Of a stretch of 62,322 bases of DNA, positions 17,341-25,705 are shown in pieces (positions within the stretch are counted from its first letter, which is position 1; each line of letters begins with the position of its first letter). Made by a program: the position numbers and the translations under genes. Where the stretch lies: NCBI GenBank assembly GCA_043751715.1, contig JAYUZO010000084.1, positions 1 to 62,322 on the forward strand. The letters are read 5' to 3'. This DNA is from Rhodobacterales bacterium (GTDB taxonomy: Bacteria; Pseudomonadota; Alphaproteobacteria; Rhodobacterales; Rhodobacteraceae). The notes under the pieces are model-generated. The model was not told where the DNA came from. It was given only the letters and a program-made list of their open reading frames with translations, and ran no database searches.

Positions 17341-17873
17341 GATTCCAGACACTCCCGCAGACGCAGCAGACTGCGGCGCAGCCAGGTGCGCATGGTGTTC
17401 AGCGGCACGGTGTAATGATCAGCCAGATCTTGGTACGATTGCCCGTCCAGATAGGCGCTGCGCACGGCTGCCGCGCGGTCAGGCTCCAGCGTGGCAAAGC
17501 AATCCGCCACCCGGCGCGCTTCACCCAGTGCAATGGTCTGACCTTCGGCATTTGGGCTGCGGTCAACCATCGCCTCAACCGCACCTTCATCGGCCGTCAC
17601 ATCACGCCGCGCGCGCAAACGGTCAATCGCAAGGTTGCGGGCCATGGCGATCAGCCATGTCATGCCACGGCCCTTGGCCGCATCAAAGCGCCCCGCCCGT
17701 AGCCAAACCCGTGTGTAAACCTCTTGCAACGCATCCTCCGATTCAGCGCGGTCAAGAAGGATACGCAGCAGTACGCCCATAAGTTTCGCCGATGTCGCCG
17801 CATATACATCACGAAAAGCTGCACGATCTTGTGCAGCAACGCGGGTCAGCAACAGGGCAACCGGATCATCCAT
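17337..17873 (-). CDS. RNA polymerase ECF-type sigma-70 factor (SigK-like)
   Basis: The ATG at 17873 (MDDPVALLLTRVAAQDRAAFRDVY) gives 178 aa with region 2 (AEDALQEVYTRVW) and region 4 (SYQDLADHYTVPLNTMRTWLRR). It starts only 10 nt after the upstream stop. Confidence 0.85.
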   Translation of the reverse strand: MDDPVALLLTRVAAQDRAAFRDVYAATSAKLMGVLLRILLDRAESEDALQEVYTRVWLRAGRFDAAKGRGMTWLIAMARNLAIDRLRARRDVTADEGAVEAMVDRSPNAEGQTIALGEARRVADCFATLEPDRAAAVRSAYLDGQSYQDLADHYTVPLNTMRTWLRRSLLRLRECLES

Positions 17874-17883
17874 CGCCGACAAC

Positions 17884-19950
17884 CTAGCGGCTGGCCGTGG
17901 CGCTGTCACCCCCGGCCGCATCACCACGCCTGCGCCGGGCACGTTCACCCGCGGCCTGATTGAAGATTACATCGGGCAGGGTGACGATGCGCGCCAGTTC
18001 CGGGAACGCGTCAACCGCATGTGGAATGGCATTGGCGTTGACAAAGTGTTCCTGAAAGCGCGGCTCGATCGCCGTTTCAACCTTGTGGATATGGTGCACC
18101 GTTTCTTCGATCGCCACACGTGATGCCACGTTGCACAGCGCGATCCGTGCCCCCGTGCCTGCCGCATTGCCCGCCGATACCACCTTGGACAGATGCACAT
18201 CCGGGATCATGCCCAGCACCATGGCGTGTTTCGGGCTGATATGTGCCCCGAACGCCCCCGCAAGCGTGACCTGATCCACCGTATCAATACCCATTTCGTC
18301 CATCAGCAAACGCGCACCCGCATACAGCGCCGATTTTGCCAGCTGAATTGCGCGGATATCGCCCTGCGTCACGCTGATACGCGGCCCGCCTTCCGCGCTG
18401 CCATCGTGCAACAGATAGGCATGCGTGCGCCCCGTGGGTTCGCACCGCGGCGTGCCCGTCTGATCCGGGCTGCCGATCAGGCCTGCCGCATCTACCAGCC
18501 CCGCCATGCGCATTTCGGCCACCGCCTCAATAATGCCCGAACCGCAGATGCCCGTTACACCCGTGGTCTTGATCACATCGGCAAAGCCCGGATCGTTCGA
18601 CCAGATATCAGACCCGATCACGCGAAAACGTGGCTCCTTGGTCACTGTGTCAATTTCGACCCGTTCAATCGCGCCCGGTGCCGCGCGTTGGCCGGAACTG
18701 ATCTGCGCGCCTTCGAACGCCGGCCCCGTAGGCGAAGAACAGGCCAGAACGCGGGTTTTGTTGCCCAACAGCAACTCGGCATTGGTGCCCACATCCACGA
18801 TCAGCACCATAGCATCTGATTTGCCGGGTTCCTCGGACAGGGCCACGGCCGCACAATCCGCGCCCACATGCCCCGCAATACAGGGCAGAATATAAACTCT
18901 GGCGGCCGTGTTCAGATGCGACAGATCCAGATCGCGCGCATCCAGTGACAGGCTGCTGGACGTGGCAAGCGCAAACGGAGCCTGACCCAGTTCCACCGGA
19001 TCAATCCCCAAAAGCAGGTGGTGCATCACCGGGTTGCAGACAAAGACCACCTCATAGATCGCCTTTGCGTCAACCCCCGCCTCATCCGCTATCGCCAGTG
19101 CAAGCGCATTGATGGATTCCCGCACCGCGCGCGTCATTTCGACATCGCCGCCGGGGTTCATCATTGCATAGCTGACCCGGCTCATCAGGTCTTCGCCAAA
19201 GCGGATTTGCGGGTTCATCAGGCCGCTGGAGGCCAGCACCGACCCATCGCGCAGATCACACAAATGGGCAGCAATGGTGGTAGACCCAAGGTCAATCGCA
19301 AGGCCATATAGCGCGCCTTCATGGAACCCCGGCCAGATATCCAGAATGCGGTGCTGTGCATCATGGTTGCCCTTGTGCACCGCCACCGTCACCTTCCATT
19401 CGCCTTTGCGCAAGGCTGGTTGCAGACGGCGCATGATGGCAAGGTCGGCCTGCACATCTGGGATTTGCCACTGATCACGCAGGGCGCGCGCCAGGCGTTC
19501 AAAATCACCCGATGGTTCGTGCATGTCAGGCTCGGCGACCTCGACGTAAACCGCGCGGGTGGCCGGGTCCATCACGATATCCCGCTGCGTGGCCGATTTG
19601 CGGATGACCTGTTTGTGCACCTGCGATTCCGGTGGCACGTCAATGACCACATCACCCTGCACGCGGGCCTGACAACCCAGACGCCGCCCATCCATCAGCC
19701 CGCGAATCGATTTGTACCGCGCCTCGACCGCGTTCCATTCGGTCAGCGCATCGGCGGCCACTGTCACGCCATGCTTGGAAAACTCACCATAACCCGGCGT
19801 GATCTGGCATTTGGAACAGATGCCGCGCCCGCCACACACGCTGTCAAGGTCAACGCCCAACTGGCGCGCTGCTGTCAGCACAGGCGTGCCGATGGCAAAG
19901 AGCCCGCGCTTGCCAGAGGGGGTAAAGATTACAAGTGCGTCGTCAGTCAT
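17884..19950 (-). CDS. [2Fe-2S] ferredoxin + ASKHA-fold protein (RamA/RACo-like reductive activator of corrinoid proteins; DUF4445 type)
   Basis: 688 aa. The N-terminus has a plant-type ferredoxin motif (CGGRGICSKCQ). A long ASKHA/acetate-kinase-like C-terminal region follows (GLAIDLGSTTIAAHL, VDVGTNAEL). Confidence 0.75.
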   Translation of the reverse strand: MTDDALVIFTPSGKRGLFAIGTPVLTAARQLGVDLDSVCGGRGICSKCQITPGYGEFSKHGVTVAADALTEWNAVEARYKSIRGLMDGRRLGCQARVQGDVVIDVPPESQVHKQVIRKSATQRDIVMDPATRAVYVEVAEPDMHEPSGDFERLARALRDQWQIPDVQADLAIMRRLQPALRKGEWKVTVAVHKGNHDAQHRILDIWPGFHEGALYGLAIDLGSTTIAAHLCDLRDGSVLASSGLMNPQIRFGEDLMSRVSYAMMNPGGDVEMTRAVRESINALALAIADEAGVDAKAIYEVVFVCNPVMHHLLLGIDPVELGQAPFALATSSSLSLDARDLDLSHLNTAARVYILPCIAGHVGADCAAVALSEEPGKSDAMVLIVDVGTNAELLLGNKTRVLACSSPTGPAFEGAQISSGQRAAPGAIERVEIDTVTKEPRFRVIGSDIWSNDPGFADVIKTTGVTGICGSGIIEAVAEMRMAGLVDAAGLIGSPDQTGTPRCEPTGRTHAYLLHDGSAEGGPRISVTQGDIRAIQLAKSALYAGARLLMDEMGIDTVDQVTLAGAFGAHISPKHAMVLGMIPDVHLSKVVSAGNAAGTGARIALCNVASRVAIEETVHHIHKVETAIEPRFQEHFVNANAIPHAVDAFPELARIVTLPDVIFNQAAGERARRRRGDAAGGDSATASR

Positions 19951-20014
19951 CAGATGCTCCGTTCCCGGCCAGATATAGGGCGGTTGGATGGCGTGGCAAA
20001 GGGGCGGTCAGGGG

Positions 20015-20425
20015 TTAGGTCGGGGGCGAGGTCGGGGGTACGAAGTGATAGGTGACATCGGAAAAACTGTTGGCCGCAAAGGCATAGAAAAACCGCACAT
20101 CTTCCTGTGCAGGAACAAATCCATGCACAGCGGCAGGTGGCACATACAAGGTGATGTCAGGGCCCAGTTCCGACGCGGTGCCGTTAATCACCACCGTCAC
20201 CCGCCCCGACAGGCCAAAGTAAACCTCGGCTTGCGCATGATGATGCAGGGCCAGACTGTCACCCTTGCGCAGATGCGCGATCCCGCAGACCAGTTCTGAT
20301 GACGCTGTGATATCGCCGGACAACAAGGTTTGCCACATGATGCTGCCATGGGCCGGGTTTTCCCAGCCCACAATCGGCACATCGCCTGCATCAATCCGCA
20401 ATCCGGCCTTGGCGTCCATCATCAT
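20015..20425 (-). CDS. Cupin domain protein
   Basis: 136 aa. The ATG at 20425 overlaps the upstream stop (ATGA). Canonical cupin motif 1 G-x5-HxH-x3-E-x6-G is present (GDSLALHHHAQAEVYFGLSG), as is motif 2 with a conserved His (LYVPPAAVHGF). Confidence 0.75.
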   Translation of the reverse strand: MMMDAKAGLRIDAGDVPIVGWENPAHGSIMWQTLLSGDITASSELVCGIAHLRKGDSLALHHHAQAEVYFGLSGRVTVVINGTASELGPDITLYVPPAAVHGFVPAQEDVRFFYAFAANSFSDVTYHFVPPTSPPT

Positions 20426-21402
20426 CAGCGCGCGCGGCGGCCCCCACGGCGGCCCGATGTGGCTTGTGATGCTGCCGCACTTGCTTCGGCAAAGGTGGCC
20501 CCGGCCTCAACCGCCTCGATCACCTTGGCGAACCTGATCCATTCACCGCCATTCGGGTCTTGATTGTTCAGGAAATTCGCCGCGCGGATTGCTTCCATTT
20601 CCACCAACCGCACCGGGTTCATGATGGCTGATGTCATCCCGGCACCGATGGCCATGGGCAGAAAGGCTGCGTTGATGCCGTGGCGGTGCGGCAACCCAAA
20701 GCTGATGTTTGACGCGCCACAGGTGGTGTTGACGCCCAGTTCTTCGCGCAGGCGCCGCACCAGCGTAAACACCTGATGCCCCGCCGTGGCCATTGCGCCA
20801 ATTGGCATGACCAGCGGATCAACCACAATATCATGCGCAGGGATGCCGAAATCCGCCGCGCGTTCAACGATCTTTTTCGCCACGGCAAAGCGCACATCAG
20901 GGTCCTGGCTGATGCCCGTGTCATCATTGGAAATCGCCACCACCGGCACGTTGTATTTTTTTACCAGCGGCAGCACCAGTTCCAGACGATCTTCTTCACC
21001 GGTGACCGAATTTAGCAGCGGGCGGCCTTCGCAGTTCTGCAGGCCTGCCTCCAGCGCGCCGGGAACAGAGCTGTCGATGCACAGGGGCACGTCAACCGCA
21101 GCCTGAATGCGCAGGATCAGCTCTTTCATCAGCGGTGGTTCGACAAAGTTGTTGTCGGCATAGCGCGGGTCGCTCGCCATCAGGTTGGTGAACACGGCCC
21201 CCGAATTCACATCCAGCACCGTGGCCCCGCAGGCCACCTGTTCCAGCGCATCACGCAGCACGGTTTCGAAATTGCCCACCTCCAGTTCCGCCGCCAGCTT
21301 TTTGCGGCCCGTGGGGTTGATCCGTTCACCAATCACGCAAAAGGGTTCATCAAACCCGATAGTGACCGTTTTTGTCTTTGATTCTATAACGGTACGGGTC
21401 AT
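20425..21402 (-). CDS. Pterin-binding methyltetrahydrofolate:corrinoid methyltransferase (MtrH/AcsE/MetH pterin-domain-like)
   Basis: ATG at 21402 (MTRTVIESKTKTVTIGFDEPFCVIGERINPTGRKKLA). A DHPS-like TIM-barrel pattern runs throughout (LDVN, NSV, TCGASNISFGLP). It lies 2 nt after the metF-like stop. Confidence 0.75.
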   Translation of the reverse strand: MTRTVIESKTKTVTIGFDEPFCVIGERINPTGRKKLAAELEVGNFETVLRDALEQVACGATVLDVNSGAVFTNLMASDPRYADNNFVEPPLMKELILRIQAAVDVPLCIDSSVPGALEAGLQNCEGRPLLNSVTGEEDRLELVLPLVKKYNVPVVAISNDDTGISQDPDVRFAVAKKIVERAADFGIPAHDIVVDPLVMPIGAMATAGHQVFTLVRRLREELGVNTTCGASNISFGLPHRHGINAAFLPMAIGAGMTSAIMNPVRLVEMEAIRAANFLNNQDPNGGEWIRFAKVIEAVEAGATFAEASAAASQATSGRRGGRRAR

Positions 21403-21404
21403 TC

Positions 21405-22325
21405 TTAAACCTTTGCGTGAACTGCGGGCACACCTGATGCGCCGCCATTTTCGGTGATCCATGTGGCGTTGGTCTTGATGCCACCAAGCGGAAAGAAATG
21501 CACGGCCTCAATCCCGAAGGCAGGATTTGCCGCCTTGTGCGCTGCCAGCGCTGCGACAACTTCGGTCGGCTCATAGGGCAGCAGCAGTTTGGTCACATCC
21601 ATCGCGCGCCTTTGAAGCACGCGCAGCGATGGGCCCACGCCGCAGGCAATGGCAAACTTGATCAGCGTTTGCAGCTTGGCCGGGCCTGCGATGCCGATGT
21701 GCACGGGGATTTTGATCCCCTCGGCGGCCAGCCTGTTGACCCAGGCAATCACCGGCTCTGCCTCAAAGCAAAACTGGGTCGCAATTGCCATCTGCGCGTC
21801 CGTGCGGTCAGCATAGGCCTGCTTCCACTTCAACGCCTGCATCACCACGCGGTCGCCGCCATCTTTGTCGATGTCCTTGTTGCCCTCTGGGTGCCCAGCC
21901 ACATGCAGGCGCTTAAAGCCATCAAACAGCCCGGTTTCCATCAGCTGCATTGACGCATCAAATTCACCCGCCGGTGTATTCACTCCACCACCCAGCAGCA
22001 GGGCCTGATGCACCCCCGCCTCACCCTGATAGCGCGCGATCCAGTCCGCCAGTGTCGCGCGGTCCGGGATGATACGCGCCGGAAAGTGCGGCATCACGTC
22101 AAAGCCTTCGCCCTTCAGCCGCGCCGCCGTAGCCACCATATCGGTGATCGGCGTGCCTTCGATATGGGCGATATAGACGCGCGTGTGCTGCGGCAGGATG
22201 TCACGAAAGCTGTCTACCTTTTCCGCCGTGCGCGGCATCACCTCGACCGAGAAGTTTTCCAGAAAAGGCTCCAGCAGTGCTGTCGGGGCAGGGGCCGTAT
22301 CACGGCGGAAATTGAACAAAGCCAT
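21405..22325 (-). CDS. Methylenetetrahydrofolate reductase family protein (MetF-like, divergent)
   Basis: The ATG at 22325 (MALFNFRR) overlaps the upstream TAA (TAATG). About 306 aa with an MTHFR-like pattern (FSVEVMPRTAEK ... HVAGHPEG ... ATQFCFE). Confidence 0.65.
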   Translation of the reverse strand: MALFNFRRDTAPAPTALLEPFLENFSVEVMPRTAEKVDSFRDILPQHTRVYIAHIEGTPITDMVATAARLKGEGFDVMPHFPARIIPDRATLADWIARYQGEAGVHQALLLGGGVNTPAGEFDASMQLMETGLFDGFKRLHVAGHPEGNKDIDKDGGDRVVMQALKWKQAYADRTDAQMAIATQFCFEAEPVIAWVNRLAAEGIKIPVHIGIAGPAKLQTLIKFAIACGVGPSLRVLQRRAMDVTKLLLPYEPTEVVAALAAHKAANPAFGIEAVHFFPLGGIKTNATWITENGGASGVPAVHAKV

Positions 22326-22621
22326 TATGCCCACCCTTCATTGTCGATCAGCTGTTTGATCCGCGCGGTGTCATAGGTCACCTCAAGTGCGGCTGCCACT
22401 GATGCTGCCAGTGCATCAGGCTCACCTTCCGCCTCATATGCGGGGGCTTTGCGCCATTCTGCCAGATAGGCATCGGCATCCTTGGCCCCGATCTTCATCG
22501 CGCAGCGGTCTATTGCCTGTTCAAAGCGTTCAGACAGCTGCACCTTTGATCCGCGTCGCCCTTTGCCAATAATCACCTGCGCCGGAATATCGCGCCAAAA
22601 TACAATTGTCACTTCTGGCAT
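22325..22621 (-). CDS. Small conserved protein of the family usually annotated 'virulence factor' (PF13769-like), function unknown
   Basis: 98 aa (MPEVTIVFWRDIPAQVIIGKGRRGSKVQLSERFEQAIDRCAMK...). It is the first gene of the tightly packed C1 cluster. The family assignment is from memory of alphaproteobacterial annotations. Confidence 0.5.
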   Translation of the reverse strand: MPEVTIVFWRDIPAQVIIGKGRRGSKVQLSERFEQAIDRCAMKIGAKDADAYLAEWRKAPAYEAEGEPDALAASVAAALEVTYDTARIKQLIDNEGWA

Positions 22622-22869
22622 CGGCTGATTCCCCGGCTGGCATGCGTTACAGTCATTTAGGCGCGCACCGGCCCCAAGCGCTGTCGGATTTCGACATAAA
22701 CTTGGGCGTCTGCGACCGCGTCTGACATGCTGCGTTGATTGCCGTGAATCAGCCCGGTGCGCAATCGCAACGATTTGGAAAAATTCTCATGCAGATCATG
22801 ATGGCTGCGTGCTTGCGTCGGGGGCAACGCAGGACTACGTTGCCGGCAACCACAGTTGGAGGGCGCAGT

Positions 22870-23982
22870 ATGACGCCCGAGCGTCCCCGGGGTGAGGGCG
22901 CGATCCCGAATGAATTGCCGTCGGTCGAGCCGTCAGCACCCCCGCATGATAGTCCGGTGCAGCTGTATGCTGCGCTGGACCTTGGCACGAACAGTTGCCG
23001 CATGCTGGTTGCGCGTCCGCGCGGCAGCCAGTTTGATGTGGTCGACAGCTTTTCCAAGACCGTGCAACTGGGTGCGGGGCTGGAGGCTTCGGGCCGTCTT
23101 AGCCGGGCCTCCATGGGCCGGACCATTCAGGCGCTGCGGGTGTGCCAGAAAAAGATCGAAAAGCATGGTGTGACGCGGATGCGCCTGGTGGCAACCGAGG
23201 CGTGCAGGCGGGCCAAGAACGCGCGCGAATTCATCCGTCAGGTGCGGCGGGAAACCGGGCTGTCACTGGAAATCATTCAGCCAGAAGAGGAAGCGCGTCT
23301 GGCAGTGATTTCCTGCGCGCCCCTCGTATCGGCGCGCACGGAACAATTGCTGGTGGTGGATATTGGCGGCGGGTCCACCGAACTGGTGTGGATCGATCTG
23401 TCATCGGTGGCCCCCGAAAACCGCGCCCGCGCGATCATGCGGCTGCACCGGGGGTTTCACGGCGAAGATGGCGCACGGGTGGTGGACTGGATTTCGGTGC
23501 CACTGGGGGTGGCTACGCTGAAAGACCAGTTCGTGGATGTTGAAGATGACGGCGCGCGCTTTGCGCTGATGAGCTGGTTTTTCGAAGAAAATCTGGCAAG
23601 TTTTTCACCCTATAATGCGCAAAATCCGCGTGAAGGGTTCCAGATCATTGGCACATCGGGCACCGTTACAACGGTGGCTGCCAGTTTTCTGGGGCTGAAA
23701 CGCTATGACCGGGCCAAGGTGGATGGGCTGGAAATGACATCTGACCAGATTGATTTCGTGATCCGTGATTATCTGTCACTGGGGCCGGAAGGCCGCCGCA
23801 CCGACCCACGTATCGGGCGTGACCGGCATTCGCTGATTATGTCAGGGGCGGCTATCCTTCAGGCGCTGATGCGGATATGGCCCACCGACAGGCTTTCGGT
23901 GGCAGACCGTGGCCTGCGGGAAGGGCTGCTTTACGCACAGATGAGCGCGGATGGCATGCTGACAGAAGGGCCATACGCATGA
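22870..23982 (+). CDS. Ppx/GppA family phosphatase (exopolyphosphatase / pppGpp phosphohydrolase-like)
   Basis: ATG at 22870. [17 protein letters not shown] and [12 protein letters not shown] are the ASKHA phosphate motifs of the Ppx/GppA family. This is the short (~370 aa) two-domain form. Confidence 0.85.
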   Translation: MTPERPRGEGAIPNELPSVEPSAPPHDSPVQLYAALDLGTNSCRMLVARPRGSQFDVVDSFSKTVQLGAGLEASGRLSRASMGRTIQALRVCQKKIEKHGVTRMRLVATEACRRAKNAREFIRQVRRETGLSLEIIQPEEEARLAVISCAPLVSARTEQLLVVDIGGGSTELVWIDLSSVAPENRARAIMRLHRGFHGEDGARVVDWISVPLGVATLKDQFVDVEDDGARFALMSWFFEENLASFSPYNAQNPREGFQIIGTSGTVTTVAASFLGLKRYDRAKVDGLEMTSDQIDFVIRDYLSLGPEGRRTDPRIGRDRHSLIMSGAAILQALMRIWPTDRLSVADRGLREGLLYAQMSADGMLTEGPYA

Positions 23983-24716
23983 CAAAACCACCGGCAGAAA
24001 AGGCCACTTCGGGCCGCGGGCAGCGCGAACTGCGGGTGCGGGTGAAAACCGCCAAGGGGCGCAAGCTTTCATCCACACTGTGGCTGGAGCGGCAATTGAA
24101 TGACCCTTACGTGATCCGGGCCAAGAAAGAGGGCTACCGGGGCAGGGCGGCCTACAAGATTTCGGAATTGGATGACAAATACGGGTTTCTGAAGCCGGGC
24201 GCGCGGGTGGTTGACCTTGGCTGCGCGCCGGGGGGCTGGTGCCAGGTGGCGGTGGCGCGGGTGAATGCACTTGGCGACAATGCGAAAAAACCGCTGGGCA
24301 CGGTGCTGGGCGTTGATCTGCAAGAGGTAGAGGCGATTGCCGGGGCCGAATTGCATGTGCTGGATTTTCTGGCCGATGACGCTGACGGGCTGGTCAAAGG
24401 CTGGCTAGGCGGCAAGGCGGACGTCGTGCTGTCCGACATGGCGGCGGCGGCATCGGGGCACAAGGGCACTGACCATTTGCGGATTGTTGCCCTGGTTGAG
24501 GCGGCACTGGCCTTTGCGTTTGATGTGCTGGATGAAGGCGGCACCTTTGTGGCCAAGGTGTTGGCCGGTGGGGCGGAAAATGAAATGCAGACGCTGCTGA
24601 AGCGCAACTTCCGCAAGGTAGCCAATGTCAAACCGCTTGCCAGCCGGACCGACAGTTCGGAAAAGTTCGTGGTGGCGATGGGGTTTCGCAGGGCGGCAGA
24701 CCAGCCGGGCGATTAG
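23979..24716 (+). CDS. rlmE: 23S rRNA (uridine2552-2'-O)-methyltransferase RlmE/FtsJ
   Basis: The ATG at 23979 overlaps the ppx stop (ATGA). [28 protein letters not shown] and [11 protein letters not shown] are typical FtsJ motifs. Confidence 0.9.
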   Translation: MTKPPAEKATSGRGQRELRVRVKTAKGRKLSSTLWLERQLNDPYVIRAKKEGYRGRAAYKISELDDKYGFLKPGARVVDLGCAPGGWCQVAVARVNALGDNAKKPLGTVLGVDLQEVEAIAGAELHVLDFLADDADGLVKGWLGGKADVVLSDMAAAASGHKGTDHLRIVALVEAALAFAFDVLDEGGTFVAKVLAGGAENEMQTLLKRNFRKVANVKPLASRTDSSEKFVVAMGFRRAADQPGD

Positions 24717-24735
24717 GCAACAGCGCGAAACAATT

Positions 24736-24772
24736 CAGGGCACCGCATGGGTGCCCTGTTAGACGTTTTTTC
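24736..24772 (+). terminator. Rho-independent terminator after rlmE
   Basis: 9-bp stem CAGGGCACC / GGTGCCCTG (24736-24758, 5-nt loop), followed by TTAGACGTTTTTTCG. Confidence 0.75.
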
Positions 24773-24790
24773 GTTAAAATGCAGCTGGTT

Positions 24791-25360
24791 TCAACCGCCC
24801 CAGCTGCGCACGGGGCCACAATCCATGTGCACAAAGTTTGATCCCGAATACCGTCCGACACCGCCGGCTGCACAGCTTGCCGCGGCGCGTGCCATCTGCC
24901 CAACCGACCGGCTGTCCAGCCGCAGATCAGCTGCCTGACCCCGCATGTGCAGCGAATTGCGCGCCACACCACCCGACTGCGACCGCAGCATGGCGTTTGT
25001 AGCAGGGCTGCGGTAGCCCGACAGCAGCATATAGGGCTCGTGCACCTCCATCAGACGATGCGATGCGGCCATGATATCAATCGTGCGCAAGTCCATTTTG
25101 ACGGTGTCGCCTGACCGCCAGTCGCGCATGAAGTGGTTGATTTCCTTGACAGCTTCAGGGATATAATCCCCCTCAAGCCAATAAATCGTATCCATGCTTT
25201 CACCGGTGCGGCCGGAATACATCCGGATGCGGCGAATATCGCCTGCGCCACGTAGCAAGCCAAAGGCGTTGGAATAAGTGGGTGCGGCGATGGCTATGGT
25301 CGCAGCAAATGCGCCCAGCAGACCGCGCCGAGAGATGCCCGTCTTGGTTTCAGTCGTCAT
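24791..25360 (-). CDS. DUF882 / peptidase M15A family protein (YcbK/MepK-like L,D-endopeptidase), Tat-signal
   Basis: 189 aa with a twin-arginine signal (ISRRGLLGAFA). SGYRSPATNAML...SLHMRGQAADL...FVHMD matches the zinc-binding pattern of DUF882. Confidence 0.8.
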   Translation of the reverse strand: MTTETKTGISRRGLLGAFAATIAIAAPTYSNAFGLLRGAGDIRRIRMYSGRTGESMDTIYWLEGDYIPEAVKEINHFMRDWRSGDTVKMDLRTIDIMAASHRLMEVHEPYMLLSGYRSPATNAMLRSQSGGVARNSLHMRGQAADLRLDSRSVGQMARAAASCAAGGVGRYSGSNFVHMDCGPVRSWGG

Positions 25361-25705
25361 GTGAAGCGCCTGTCCCGATCGTTGGTATTCTACCGCCTGT
25401 GCCGACGGCTATGGTTCACTTCTTCCCCAAGTGCCCGATTGTTATGGCACAGTCGGATTCGAAGCCCAAGTAAAGATTGCCCGGCAACACCATTCATCAC
25501 GCCAATAGGCAAATTATTGCTGAATGACGCTGGGGCAATCTGCGGATTGTTCCTTCACGCCTGCGCCGCATTGTTGCCAAAGCGCATGCAGTCACGCCGA
25601 AGTTTGCGGGCAGGGCCGCCACAACACCCGAAGATCATGGACAATTCCCACGTCATACCCTGTATATGGTGTGTGTGTGATCGATTTTGCCGACCAGAGG
25701 TTATA

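Noticed and set aside
22622-22869. Cobalamin or SAM riboswitch upstream of the C1 cluster
   Set aside because: I saw no B12-box-like core and no conserved multi-stem architecture by eye in the 248-bp divergent spacer. This is unverified without cmsearch (RF00174).
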